Source of the DNA: Balanoglossus misakiensis
Taxonomy: Eukaryota; Animalia; Hemichordata
Reading direction: 5' to 3'
Assembly (NCBI GenBank): GCA_040954595.2
Contig: CM082597.2
Span: forward strand, 8,959,778 to 9,023,777
DNA length: 64,000 nt
Part shown: positions 26,967 to 39,607 of the stretch, piece by piece
Numbering within the stretch: the first letter of the stretch is position 1
How the letters are laid out: every line of letters begins with the position of its first letter
Notes under the pieces: generated by a model
Database searches by the model: none
What the model was told of the DNA's origin: nothing
What the model saw: the letters and a program-made list of their open reading frames with translations, nothing else
Made by a program: the position numbers and the translations under genes

Positions 26967-27824
26967 TGTCCATTGAGGCCTGTATCCGTGATCTTAAGGA
27001 CTGGATGACCCAAAACAAGCTTCAACTCAACGACTCCAAAAACTGAGATTCTACTTATTCGTTCACAATTTCATCACTCTGCTGATGCTATTGACAAGAT
27101 TACCATTGGTTCAAGCTCTGTTCCCGTCGTTAAATCAGCTCGCAATATTGGTGTAATATTTGACAATACGCACATGTATAAAGATCACATCAAGAAAACT
27201 TGTCAATCAATATATTACCACTTTCGCCGTGTCGGACAAATCAGGAAATTTCTTAACAAAGCAACATGTCAAACAGTGATTCATGCTATTTTGGCAGCGA
27301 AACTCGACTATGGCAATGCATTACTGTATGGTATACCAGAACGCAGTCTGAACCTTCTACAACGCACACAAAATACAGCTGCAAGAATCATAACTCGGTC
27401 CAGGAAGTCTGCCCATATAACGCCAGTTCTTCAACTTCTTCATTGGTTACCAGTTCGCCACAGGATAGAGTATAAAATAAATCTGCTCACATACAAAGCC
27501 TTAAATAATCTCGCTCCGAACTATATCCGCGATCTCATTCGGACATATTCTCCTGGTCGCAGGCTTCGTTCAGCTAATAAGAGCCTTTTATGCACTACAA
27601 TGTACAAACGTTCTTCATACGGTGGCCGAGCATTCTCTCATGCTGCAACGAAACTGTGGAACATTCGTCAAGCTCCAAGTTTGAGTATCTTTAAGAAAAG
27701 ACTGAAGACGCATTATTTCGCAAGAGCATATGGTGTGGGCCAATGAGCACAAGCGCCTTTGAGTATGACACTTGTTATAGATACTGGCGCTATACAAATT
27801 TCTCTGATTGATTGATTGATTGAT
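26967..27824 (+). mobile_element. L2-clade LINE, 5'-truncated 3' end
   Basis: WMTQNKLQLNDSK/TE (frameshift), RNIGVIFD, KLDYGNALLYG, QNTAAR, HITPVLQLLHWLPV, GRAFS, FKKRLKTH. 3' UTR GCGCCTTTGAG...GGCGCTATACAAAT and a (TGAT)n tail. Confidence 0.93.
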
Positions 27825-28633
27825 GTATAAGGTGATTTGGATGACCTCTGTCATACAGTGCCATATCTCATCCCGTTGTACAGGTGCAGCTTTGGTATTT
27901 GGAGGGATGAAACTATCATGAAATGCCAAATACAGGGGGATACCTTTGACACCTGCTTGATTCATGTATTACGTGCATACCTAATGTTAGGCAAAGTGAA
28001 AGGGCTGCAAATGTAGGATTTGTTGCACAAGACATAAACAGGAATGAAATTTTTCTGTCAAATTTTTGAATGACCTCAGGTGTCCATTGACCTGCTTTCC
28101 ATATGTTAGCATGCACATCATATATAGCCACGTGATTGGAGGGGTAGGGTAGGACCGTCATGAAATGCTAAATTCCTAGGGCCACCTGTAACTTACTTGC
28201 GTAACTCATTATTATGGCCATACCTAATTTTAAAAACCCAAAGGGCGAGAATTTTCCGTTGTCTTGAATATGAACCAAATAGGAATCCAAATTTTTGGCC
28301 CAATTTTTGGGTACCCTCAGCTGACCTTTGAAGTACTTAACTGAAGTCCTTACATAACGTAGAAGTTCACTTGTGGTTGTTGTGTTTGTACTTGTAGGAC
28401 ATCCATTTCGGGTGGTTGCCTACTTCCCCATATCTCCACATCCAGAGCAAATACAGCCTACGCAATTGAATGGTACAACCCTGAATGGAGTCTAATGGTT
28501 ATTATCTCTATGCTTGGGCCCCTTCAATGCTGCTTGCAGCTTTAATTATTACTATTATTATTGTCACGATATAAAGACACCAACTAAAAACTTACAAAAT
28601 CACAATGTCTTCACAACTCAAAATTTCACTCAC

Positions 28634-29730
28634 TTCTTTTAGTTTGGTAGCCACCCCTCCTTTCTGTCCTAGCATAACAGGAGCACCATCACTGCCCAAA
28701 GCAGACAGACGATCTCTTAAGGCAATACCATTCTCTGAAGAAAACTCTTTCACTGACTGTGCAATGGTGTCTGCTCTGCCATCACCAACCTAAAACAGTG
28801 AAAATAAAACCTTGATGTTAACACATGCAATGTACAACTCAATGTTTGTCTCACCTGAAATAACTAGTCAGCAAAATCAATTAAATGAGGTCACTCAAAA
28901 ACATGTTTAATCGTATGTTTTTAATTCAGTGTAGACTTAAAAATTGAAAAACTTTCCACTTACTTCTTTAACTCCAAGGAAAGACACAACTGACTTCCCA
29001 GACTTCAAGGTGTACTTGGAATAGATGATTAATTGCTTCAATACAGCCACATCAGTTGTTTTCATCTATTAACAGTGAATAGAAGTTACTTCCTTTCATC
29101 TTCTCTAAAATCTCATCACGGATGACTTTGCCTGAAAAATGAAATAAATGAAAATTACTCTTCAGATTAAACTTATCAAAATTCACAGTAATTTGTACAG
29201 TAATTATTCTTTATTGAGTGTAACACTATTGCTTAAACAGTGATCCTTTCTTGAAAACAACCAGGTTTAAATAAATGTTACTACATTGCCTACAATTTAG
29301 ATCTGCACAAAAATCAGTAGACCTACTTACCAATGCAATAAACCATTATAGTTGTGGTCATCACTGCTGAGAGTACCAAGGAATGAACACCCGAGGGACT
29401 TTGCCAATTCCAAAACATGGATGAAGTTGGTGGTGTGCGGCAATTCTCTGTGCATGAGAAAATACATGCATCGTAGGACGCCGATGCATGAAGGCTTGCG
29501 TCTCAAAGGTGATGACCTTGTCAAATGCAGCCACAAGACCGCTGCTGTTCTCGATAACTGCTGCCTCGGCGTCAAGCTGCATTGCCGCCCGGTCGATAAT
29601 CGTCTCTTCATGCTGCTTGAGTTTGTCTTCGCGAAGGGTGGTACATGTACATGGAGATGTTGTAACCCAAGTCCCTCCGCACTTGGCCTTCTGCTTGTGT
29701 TTTGTACAAAGGCGACAAAACATCCCTAAA
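28634..29730 (-). pseudogene. Intron-containing hAT transposase pseudogene (ZNF862/C17orf113-like group); exons ~29730-29331, 29131-28964, 28789-28634
   Basis: MFCRLCTKH zinc finger, LRCMYFL..ELPHTTNF, YSLLIDE-TTD (catalytic D1) and LGSDGAPVMLGQKGGV (catalytic D2). Canonical tttcag/ttttag acceptors and gtaagt/gtgagt donors. Frameshifts near 29487, 29350 and 29060. C-terminal exons absent. Confidence 0.85.
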
Positions 29731-32058
29731 CTGAATAAATATCATTCTCTCAAATGCCAGCCGCATGCGGGAGCGTGCACCAGAAACAATAAATATTTAC
29801 CAAGGCGGGAATGAAAAGAAAGCAGGGCGGCGCGTAAGATAGCAGGGTGGCAAAAAATAAAGGAGGGCGGGTCTGCCCAGCTAACCCCCCCCCCCAAAGT
29901 ATTAACGCTCTGTGTTTACCATAGACTAATAGTGTCACAAATTTTACCCTGTGTGAACCTGGTAAGAGACGTGTCTCAAATCTGAGAAGATTCAGGACCA
30001 CTTAAACCATTCACCAATAATAATTTATGCCAGTATTTGATCTGAGACGTTTTAGCAATTTCTTGTGTGACCCCCATATCAGTTGAAGCTGACAAATCCA
30101 GTATTTTGAATTTTTACATGGATTTTGTATACAGTGTGAATTGTAATTAAAGCTCCATTACCTTTACCTTTTTCCTATGTTTTCAGTATCTTTGTTTAGC
30201 AGTTTCTTGTGCAAATTCCCGAAACATGATGAAACATATATGTGTATGGTCAGCATTGTTATTGTGCCAAATTGGAATTTAAGTCCAGACTAGAATCCAT
30301 GAATTATTGTCAACAATGACAATGGCCATTATACACATACATTCTGTGCTGACAAGTAACAATCTGTGTGGAGTAGAACATGAAATCGCATTTGCTACAT
30401 AGAACAAAAATACTGGAAATAAAGCCAAAAGATACAACGAATGTATATTTAACTTTAACTGCATTCTCATTCTCATCTGTATATATTTTACTGAGATTGT
30501 TTCATCAGGGTTTATCAGTATTCTAAACCAGCTTATGTGTGCATACAATCTGATTAAAATCAGATGTAGGGTACGGCGACGTCTTTTACTTCGCAGTACG
30601 GTATTCTTATACTGTCGCCTCACACTACATCTGACCAACTCCCATAGAAGCTCCCGTTGAAAACTCTAGTAAACCAATCAGACGGTGCCTTATAGAGAAC
30701 TTTAGGTATCCTTCAGTTTTGATTGACATAACGTGCAATCTGATTGGCTTGGCCGCAACGGGACGTTGAACAAGCTTCTATATCTGATTCATATAATACT
30801 GAAAGGGTTAAGAATGGCACACACTACATGTATGAGCTCATGGAATGTGTTTCTTCCCATAGGATAACATTAAGAATTGATAGAAAACCCTTTTCTACTA
30901 TTGTAATTTTAAGAAGTTTCACTCATAACTCATCCAAATGAAATTAAATTGAGTGATTCATATAAGTTGTAGGCTCACCACTGTGCTCAGTTTTGAGATA
31001 AACTTAAATGTGTCCATGCCTATAGAAAAATAACATAGAAAGACCTATGGTGAAAAATGTTGACTTTAATTCAGGCTGCATTAGTGGAAAAATAATCATA
31101 CTTTGTCTGGCATAGAAACTCAGAATCTACAAAAAAGGCCTTTAAAACATGAATGGAAATGAAAATACTGCTACAATAAGAAATTCTTACCTTGAATAAA
31201 GTATTTATTGGTACCACCACTTCCATAAAGAAACCACTTTGCTGGTGTAATGAGTTGTCAATCTGGGTTTGCTCATTGGCCTTGCTTTGAGTTCCAATTC
31301 ATGATGATGGTGTATTAGGACACTGGACTTGAAACAGGTGTATGCTGGTATTATACACGTTGAAAGTATTGTCATTCTTTTAATTGTGGATTTTTGGATT
31401 ATGCTGTGTATGTATAATGAGAATCCGTTAAAAATTGTAGGGGTCATTGCCCTTTAAAAAAAAAATACAGAGCCATGAATTTAGTTGATAATAGAAGAAA
31501 TTTGCTGTCTCAGCATTTTTCACCAATGGTTTGTCTATGGGCGAAGATTTTAACGCAATTTATCTCATAATAGAGCTTGGTGACCACATAATTTTTTTTG
31601 ACCAATGAATTTACGTTTACTTGTCTGAGCTATGTGTAAAATTTCGTGAAAAAGACAATAGTAGAAGTTTGTTTTCTGGCAATTATCGATGTAATCCTTT
31701 CAGGAACAGACACACATGCACTGTTTATCAGTTTATGTTGTGCGTGTACATCCTTAAATGGTATTTGCCTATCATGCCTTCCAAATTGTGATTCTGTTCT
31801 AGTGTTTTTGTTAAGGGCGGTACCTAGATAAAATCTACCGGAGTACCCCAGTCACTCCGAATTAAAACAACAGAACAAGGCCAATGTCACAGTGGTCAGG
31901 CAGTCTACGAGAGTTCCCCAGTCATTTTACCGGGGTTCCCCTGGGTGTATCAATGTGGTTATATTAGGAGGTTATAGGAATATTAACGGGGTTCCCAAAT
32001 CCATTACCAGTGTTCCCCGACCTTTGCAAAAACACTGTGTTCTTTTTATCCTCCACAG

Positions 32059-32633
32059 GAAGAGACAAAGAAAAGCATAGCAACCTCTGCTGATACTGCC
32101 ACAACAAGCACAAGCACAAACACACCCCAGCCTGTAGCTTCTGCGAACCAACAACCCCCACCCTATCCAGCCGCAGCATACCAGCAACACTTCCAGCAGA
32201 TGTCATACCCGAACCCATTCGTGTCTCAGTACGCTGCGTTTGCAGGAGCCGGACAGCCGCCACGACACAGAGATGCGGCATCGAACAACGACAACACCGT
32301 TCAACCGCCAGCCGATGCAACACCCCAGGCAGATGTCAACACTCCCCTAGCACCAGAACCTGCAACTGCCAACACAGAAAACACCCCCAGAGAAATGCCA
32401 ATGACAATGCTACCACAGAGACAAACATACGACAAAGAAATGTCAGCCAGCAAGGGTATGAGCAACCCAGAAGAAGAAACGACACACTATCAAATCAGAA
32501 TAATCGCCAGATACGTCAGCAAGAAAATAGTAATTCTTTCGTGTTGATAGTGCTGTTGAGTCTAGCCTTAGCAGCTCTTATGTTGAGACGATTATTCATT
32601 ACATACGAGTTTAAATTTGATTATAATGTGTAG
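32059..32633 (+). pseudogene. UBE2J1: Terminal exon of a UBE2J1-like ER-anchored E2 ubiquitin-conjugating enzyme, with a one-base frameshift near 32385; no upstream exons seen
   Basis: Strong acceptor tctttttatcctccacag|GAAGAG followed by a low-complexity P/Q/A/T linker. The shifted frame ends NSFVLIVLLSLALAALMLRRLFITYEFKFDYNV*, matching the vertebrate UBE2J1 tail anchor as I recall it (SAVLIVILTLALAALIFRRIYLANEYIFDFEL*). Confidence 0.8.
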
Positions 32634-33167
32634 TTTATGAAAATATTTAATTAATTCACAACTGATGACAGGTCAAATGTTATTATTTTCCTCGAGTTTT
32701 CATACACATCTGGAATGTTGTCTATATCTTAACAAAAACTATTGTTGAAAAGTCCTGGTGAAAAATCAAGCCAGCCATTATTTATTGTATTGAAATAGAT
32801 GGGGGGAGGCACAATGAAAATGGCATATGTTTAGCCTATAGATTTCTGGAAACCACTGGTGAACTCGCTGATAGTACTGAGCAATCTGAATGATATGAAC
32901 ATAGTGGTTATTTGGTTGTAGATACAGACCTCTCTGCAAAATTTTCCTCAAAGAGGTTTTAAATCCGTAACCAAATATAAGCGCACACCATTTATAATGT
33001 CATTATATATAATATGATTTTGTGTGATAAAAAATCTGATGTTTGGATTTTAAGTATTACATGCCAGAAAGGCCTCGTTGCTCACTGCTCATGAAAATGC
33101 CACTTGTACAAACATGTTCTAGAATTTCTTAAGTAGAGCGCCCTGATGCCCATGACCAATCCAAGTT

Positions 33168-33173
33168 AATAAA
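33168..33173 (+). promoter_or_regulatory. Candidate polyadenylation signal of the UBE2J1-like exon
   Basis: AATAAA ~535 bp after the stop codon, followed by T/GT-rich sequence. Confidence 0.4.
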
Positions 33174-33256
33174 TTGTGTTCTATTCAGATGCATTCTCTT
33201 TTGTGTATTTTATTTCAGTTATTTACTGTTCAGGTCTTCTAGTAGAGAATGTTATG

Positions 33257-33712
33257 ACAGAACCCCATGGCTCGATCGTGCAAGCACGGCGTAACGGTAG
33301 TATTTGCATCGAGTGTCTGGCAGTGTATTCTTGCGCCTGTCCCCCGCACTCGCTGTCGCTCGTGCGGGGGGCAGCAAGAATACACCGCCAGCACGAGTGC
33401 AAATACTACCGGTACGCCGTGCTTGCACGATTGAGCCATGGGGTTCTGTTTTTATTACATATGTTCATCCCATTTTGAAAAAAAGACCGAAAATGAAAGA
33501 AATGAGACCGCGGAATGATATTGCTTGTTTCGTGAACAGGCCACTCATTTGCATACAGGTATAGCATAATGTTTTTGGTATTGCACTGAGTGCAAATACC
33601 GATGTTACGCGCGCGCTCGGTGCAAGTAATCGACGGTACATATGTAATAAAAACCCTTGCTTCAACCAATTACAGAGCTTCAATCAGACCAAGTAAACCC
33701 TGGTATTATAAA
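33257..33712. mobile_element. Non-autonomous element with a long GC-rich palindrome (Crypton-like?)
   Basis: ~90 bp arms (33257-33449): ACAGAACCCCATGGCTC...CCCCCGCAC / GTGCGGGGG...GAGCCATGGGGTTCTGT. A second inverted pair TTATTACATATG / CATATGTAATAA follows. No TSD found. Confidence 0.6.
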
Positions 33713-35209
33713 TTTATGATCTATGTTATACAGGTATAGGACATTTTGTCTTTCACCATGTTTACACTGGGTAAAATGAGAAACATTTCAGATACCAGGT
33801 TCAGGCAGGGAAAAATTTGAGACACTATTTGCCTATGGTAAACACAGAGCATTAATCCTTTGAGTCGTTTGTGTCCACACACACAAAGTTTATGTATAGG
33901 CACTGCGAGGCTCGGCCCCATAGACAATGGGTTGCGAAGAGGTGTTAATCATTACACCGGATCAGGTCTGGCTGGCAAAACCGTCTCAAATCTGAAACGT
34001 TCCAGGAAGACTTTAATTGTTCACAAAGTATTTTTTATGTCAATGTTTGAGTTGAGATGTTTCAGAAAACTTTCAATGGTCCCTATGTGAATGCCCTATT
34101 TTTAGTTCCTTTGTGTTGTATGTACAAACACATACAAGTTTCAGCTTTAGGGATCAGTCAGAGCATATTATCAAGCAGTCTGTCTATCGGTTGCTATGTG
34201 TGTGTGTGTCTCATCTCCACAAAAAATATGTAGCACTACATGTACTTCATGAATCACAATATACACACAGTGACTGGCTGTGAGGGTAACATGTGGATGA
34301 CATGATGGTGTTATAATGCTATTAAGTGCAAATGTAAAACCTGGACTACAGGCAAGATTTTTGAAAGGACGGTAAATGTTGATGCAAAGAATGTTTGAGT
34401 CAGCCTATGCACGTGAACTCAAATATACAGAAAAATTTACAAATCTTAAAGTAACATTTTCATATGGAATTGTGTACTTTTGAAAATCATTTCAAAATCA
34501 TGTTATAGACTTGTTGAAAGACTGTTGACTACATCTGATTAAAAAGAAACATGAAATTCAAGCAATAACCAGTTTTTTACTTCTCTCTTGTACATAATCA
34601 TCATGACATGATCAATAGGTCATTTTCATGATCCCTATGTGACTTCTTGACTTGCATATTCATTGGAATGAATCCTCTATTTTGAATTAAAACTCTGTAA
34701 GTGCCAATAATATTCACTAATTTGAATTCCCATTTTGATCTATTTTTTGAAAAACTTTTCGCCATGTATAGCTCGCACTATTTCTACAAAACAGGGACAA
34801 ATTGGCTGAATTTCCAATGTTGTGTTAACTGTTTTATTAATCATGAGGAAAAAGCGCCGGGCTTATAACTTCCACGGGCGCGCCCAACATTATTTGGGCG
34901 ATACCATTTTGTGGTAGGTGTCACTGGCAAACATGCACCGGACTTCTGATTTATATACTACATGTACTAGGGTCTCACTTGTTGCAACAGTGTTAAAGAA
35001 ATCAAACGGTTTTGTTTTGGCCGGTAAACACCGATGGATTCACTCTTAAGTCCATCGTGCATCCAAACGCAGTCGAGTCGGTTCGGTCATTGTTTATGCG
35101 ACAGTAAATGCCAAATGTGACAGAAGCATCATATTAAATGAGATAGAATACACAAACAAACAAAGATACGAATAAACAAACAGGCAAACAAACAAACAAA
35201 CAACCATGA

Positions 35210-35460
35210 AGGACTGTTCAGAATTTACTTCCAAGTTGGGGATGGAGGATTTTTTATTTTCCTGGTGATTTTTTCCCATGGTCTCCCCTAGTAAATTGTG
35301 GAGGAAATATGTGGTCCCCCCTTAAATTTCCTGGGGATTTTCCATGGTCCCCCTATTGTGACTTTTATGTCTAGTCTCCCCTAATTTGTCTTGGAGAAAA
35401 TGGGTGGTCCCCCCCCTCTGAAAATTCTCCGCCCCCTGGAAGTAAATTCTGAACAGTCCC
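35210..35460. mobile_element. PIF/Harbinger-like MITE
   Basis: TIR GGACTGTTCAGAATTTACTTCCA / TGGAAGTAAATTCTGAACAGTCC; 3-bp flanks TGA/TTA (imperfect TSD). Confidence 0.75.
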
Positions 35461-35660
35461 TTATTAAAGCCAACAGCTAGCACCCTGGCTTCTCTGCCAG
35501 AGGAGCGATAACATCGACAAAATGCAGATACACAAGAAATGAGCACTTTATTCCACAAGTGAAGTAGTCTGTTCCCTGCCCCATTCCCACCGCTGGCTGC
35601 GCCCTTGAGCGTAGCGCCGATGGCAGTGGGAATGGGGCAGGGGACCTAGTCCAGGAGCTA

Positions 35661-38600
35661 GATGCCGTTAATCAGAATTTTTGGTAAGGAAGGTTTGAGA
35701 GGTCCATTCTATGTAAAAAATGGTGCTGATTCCAAAAATGTCAGTCTTATTGACCCCACTCAAGACAAAATTGCCATTTTGGCCATTTTTAACCCAAAAA
35801 TGGTGTTTTTTTAGAAAACACTAAAAACACACTGTTTTCGTCACATTCTAAGATCTGATGACATATGATATGCCTATTCTATGTAAAATTTGGTGAATAT
35901 TACGAAAAAAATAGTTCGATTGACCCAAAACAACAGAAAATTGCCTTTTTGACCATTTTTTGCCAAAAAAACGTCATTTTTAGAAAAAAATTAAAAAACA
36001 CGGTTTTCTTCATAATAGTTGATCTGGTGATATATGGAAAGTCAATTCTATGTTAAAAGTGGTGACTTTAAAAAAAAAAGCAGTCTTTTTGACCTCAATC
36101 AATACAAAAATGCCATTTTTGGCCACTTTTTGAGGTCAAAAAAGGTCATTTTTACAAAAAAAACTAAAAATAAATTGTGTTTTTCATATTCAGAGATCAT
36201 TGGATATATGAAGTGTCCATTCTATGTAAAAAACGGTGCTGATTTCAGAAATAGCAGTCTTTTTGACCCTACTCAAGAAAAAAATGCCATTTTTGCCACT
36301 TTTTGCCCCAAAACGTCATTTTTAGAAAACACTCAAAATTTATATATTTTCTTCACTTATATGCCCATCCTATGTAAAACTTGGTGATTATTCCAAAAAA
36401 GCAGATTTATTGACCCAACCTAATGCAAAAATGCCCTTTTGGAAAGTTATTACCCGAAAAGGCCGTTTTTAGAAAAAAAAATTAAAAACAAACTTTTCTT
36501 CATAAAGCTCAGAGATCATGTGATATATGAAGTGTTCAACCTATGTAAAAAATGGTGCTAATTCCAGAAATAGCAGTCTTATTGATCCTACTCAAGAAAA
36601 AATGCCATTTTTGCCACTTTTTGCCCCAAAAACGTCATTTTCAGAAAACACTCAAAATTTATATATTTTCTTCACTTTCGGAGATCTGATAATGTATTAT
36701 ATGCCCACTTTATGTGAAAAATTTCCAAAAAAGCAGTTTTATTGATGCCACCCAAGATAAACGTGCCCTTTGGCAAGTTTTTGCCCAAAAAGTGTCATTT
36801 CTAGAAAACACCCAAAACTTTTATATTTTCTTCACTTTCGGAGATGATGATGTATTATGTACCCACTCTATGTGAAAAAATTCAAAAAAAAATTACTAGC
36901 GCCACTCAAGAAAACAGTGCTTTTTTGACAAGTTTTTGCCCAAAAAGCCACTTTTCGAAAATCATTATAAACAAACTGTTTGATTCTTATTTGGAGATTC
37001 TATGATGTGTGAAAAGTACATTTATTGTAAAATAGGTGTTGATTCCAGAAATGCAGTCTTAATGACCTCAACCATGATGAAATCACCTTTTTGGCTAAGT
37101 TTTGCACAAAATTGTTATTTTTAAGAATATATTAATAAGCATTCTCTTTTCTTCACTTTCGGTGATCTTATTATAAATAAAAGCCCATTCTATATTGAAA
37201 CGTGGTTACTGTTCCAAAAACGGAAGTCTTACTTACCCTATTCAATTGAAATTTGTAATTTCGGCCACTTTTTTGGTCAAAAATGTTCATTAAAAACAAA
37301 CAAACTAAAGACAAATTGTTTTCTTCATATTCAGAGATCTGATCATGTATGAAAAGTCCATTCTGTGTAAAATTTGGTGACTATTCCAAAAACGGCACTC
37401 TGGTTGTCAAAATTGCCTTTTTTGCTATTTGTAGCCAAAAATAGATCTACTCAAGAAAAAATTATCATTTTAGCCATTTTGTACCGAAAAAATGTTTGTA
37501 TTTGGAGTTTTTGCAAAATTAGCCCAAGTTGAACTCATAATGATGATGAAACAGCGTCGAGAGGAAAAGAAGTTACGAATGGAACAAAACTCGCGTCAAT
37601 GAATGTAAACACGCCGCCCGGGACCAAGCTCTAAACATGATACAGATGACAAAAGAAAGGCATTGCACATTGCCCAAATATTCCCATACAGCAGTTCCAA
37701 ATTAAAACGTCAAGGGTTTTATGTTTATTTAGTTTAAACCCACATTTTCCCTGCTGCGTGCTAGTTCAGGGGCCAGTTTTAGCAGTGCTCTATTGAGTAT
37801 TCTAGCATCGTTGCACTCCTGTCCAATCAGTATGACGGAGGTATCATGATATAAATTATAATATAATTTCTGATTTTGTATTCAGATTGAAGAGAATAAA
37901 TTTCAACACTCTCTCCCGAGCTGGCATATCTGAACCTAAATATTCCACACCACGCATAATCGACTTATAGTAGACAGTGCGTATACATGGATCATCTTAT
38001 TGTTAAGTTCAGTTTTGGGCTAAATTTGCCAAATTGTGGCAACCCTGTCTTTCAATATCATCAATTTAATTGACATTATATGGTTATGGCGTTTTAAATA
38101 TGCATATACAACATCAGAACACAAAAGGCAAAAACATCAATTATATTTGTTTTCTGAAAATGCCTATTGTTGACCAAAAGATGGCTAAATGGCAATTTTG
38201 TACTGAGCGGGGTGTCTCAATAAGACCGTTGTGCTGGTATCAGCATATTTTTTGCACACACACACACAAAAAAAACGAATTTACATACATCACAAGGGCT
38301 CTGAATATAAAGGAATAAGTTTGTATTTATTTTTTCTAACAGTTACCTTTTTGAGCAAAGAGGCCAAAATGATATTTTTTTCCCTCAGTGGGGTCAGTAA
38401 GAGTGGGTTTTTTAGTACTTTTATTTATCATTTGATCACCAATGGGAAGAAAATGGCATAATTTTCGTATTTTCTAGAAATGACACTTTTTGGGCAAAAA
38501 CTTGCCAAAAAGGCACTTTTATCTTGAGTGGCATCAATAAAACTGCTTTTTTGGAAACTTTTCACATACAGTGGGCTTATAATTCATTATCAGATCTCCG

Positions 38601-39607
38601 AAAGTGAAGAAAATATATAAATTTTGAGTGTTTTCTGAAAATGACGTTTTGGGGGCAAAAAGTGGCAAAATGGCATTTTTTCTTGAGTAGGATCAATAAG
38701 ACTGCTATTTCTGGAATCAGCACCATTTTTTACATAGGATGAACATTTCATATATCACATGATCTCTGAGCTTTATGAAGAAAAGTTTGTTTTTAAATTT
38801 TTTTCTAAAAATGGCCTTTTTGGGCAAAAACTTTCCAAAAGGGCATTTTTGCATTAGGTTGGGTCAATGAATCTGCTTTTTTCGAATAATCACCAGATTT
38901 TACATAGGGTGGGCATATAATACATTATCAGATCTCCGAAAGTGAAGAAAATATATAAATTTTGTGTGTTTTCTGAAAATGACGTTTTGGGGCAGAAAGT
39001 GGCAAAAATGGCATTTTTTCTTGAGTAGGGTCAATAAGACTGCTATTTCTGGAATCAGCACCATTTTTTACATAGAATGGACATTTCATATATCCAATGA
39101 TCTCTGAATATGATAAACACAATTTATTTTTAGTTTTTTTGTAAAAATGACCTTTTTTGACCACAAAAAGTGGCCAAAAATGGCATTTTTGTATTGATTA
39201 AAGTCACCACTTTTAACATAGAATTGACTTTCCATATATCACCAGATCAATCATTATGAAGAAAACCGTGTGTTTTATTTTTTTTCTAAAAATGACGTTT
39301 TTGGGGCAAAAATTGGTCAAAAAGGCAATTTTCTGTTGTTTTGGGTCAATCGAACTACTTTTTTCGTAATATTCACCAAATTTTACATAGAATAAGCATA
39401 TCATATGTTATCAGATCTCAGAATGTGACGAAAACAATGTGTTTTTAGTGTTTTCTAAAAAAGACCATTTTGGGGTTAAAAATGGCCAAAATGGCAATTT
39501 TGTCTTGAGTGGGGTTAATAAGACTGACTTTTTTGGAATGAGCACCATTTTTTACATAGAATGGACTTCTCAAACCTTCCTTACCAAAAATTCTGATTAA
39601 CGGCACC
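35661..39607. mobile_element. Foldback-type transposon, ~3.95 kb, with >1 kb modular inverted arms built from ~170 bp subrepeats
   Basis: TA|GATGCCGTTAATCAGAATTTTTGGTAAGGAAGG ... CCTTCCTTACCAAAAATTCTGATTAACGGCACC|TA. Mirror ORFs 35865-36056(+) and 39213-39404(-). CATTCTATGTAAAA-like motif recurs every ~170 bp. Confidence 0.92.
37745..37850 (+). repeat. Interspersed repeat, second copy at ~41275-41390
   Basis: TTTTCCCTG...TAGTTCAGGGGCCAGTTTTAGCAGTGCTCTATTGAGTA...GTCCAATCAG shared by both copies. Confidence 0.8.

Larger units (their letters stand above)
23128..28547 (+). mobile_element. Non-autonomous Helentron-like (HINE/DINE-type) element carrying nested LINE fragments
   Basis: 5' perfect hairpin AGGGGACCAAGAGCC-ctca-GGCTCTTGGTCCCCT followed by a (CTT) tract and an AAATTTGGCAC core. 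3' subterminal inverted copy GCTTGGGCCCCT followed by hairpin GCTGC-tt-GCAGC and TTTAATT. T-rich flanks, no TSD. Degenerate internal CACCTGC..TAA.TCA repeats. Confidence 0.7.

Noticed and set aside
32200-32547. 115-aa ORF as a standalone gene
   Set aside because: It is the interior of a spliced exon; the conserved C-terminus is in another frame.
35865-39404. Mirror-image ORFs on both strands
   Set aside because: By-products of the foldback arms; no transposase motifs.
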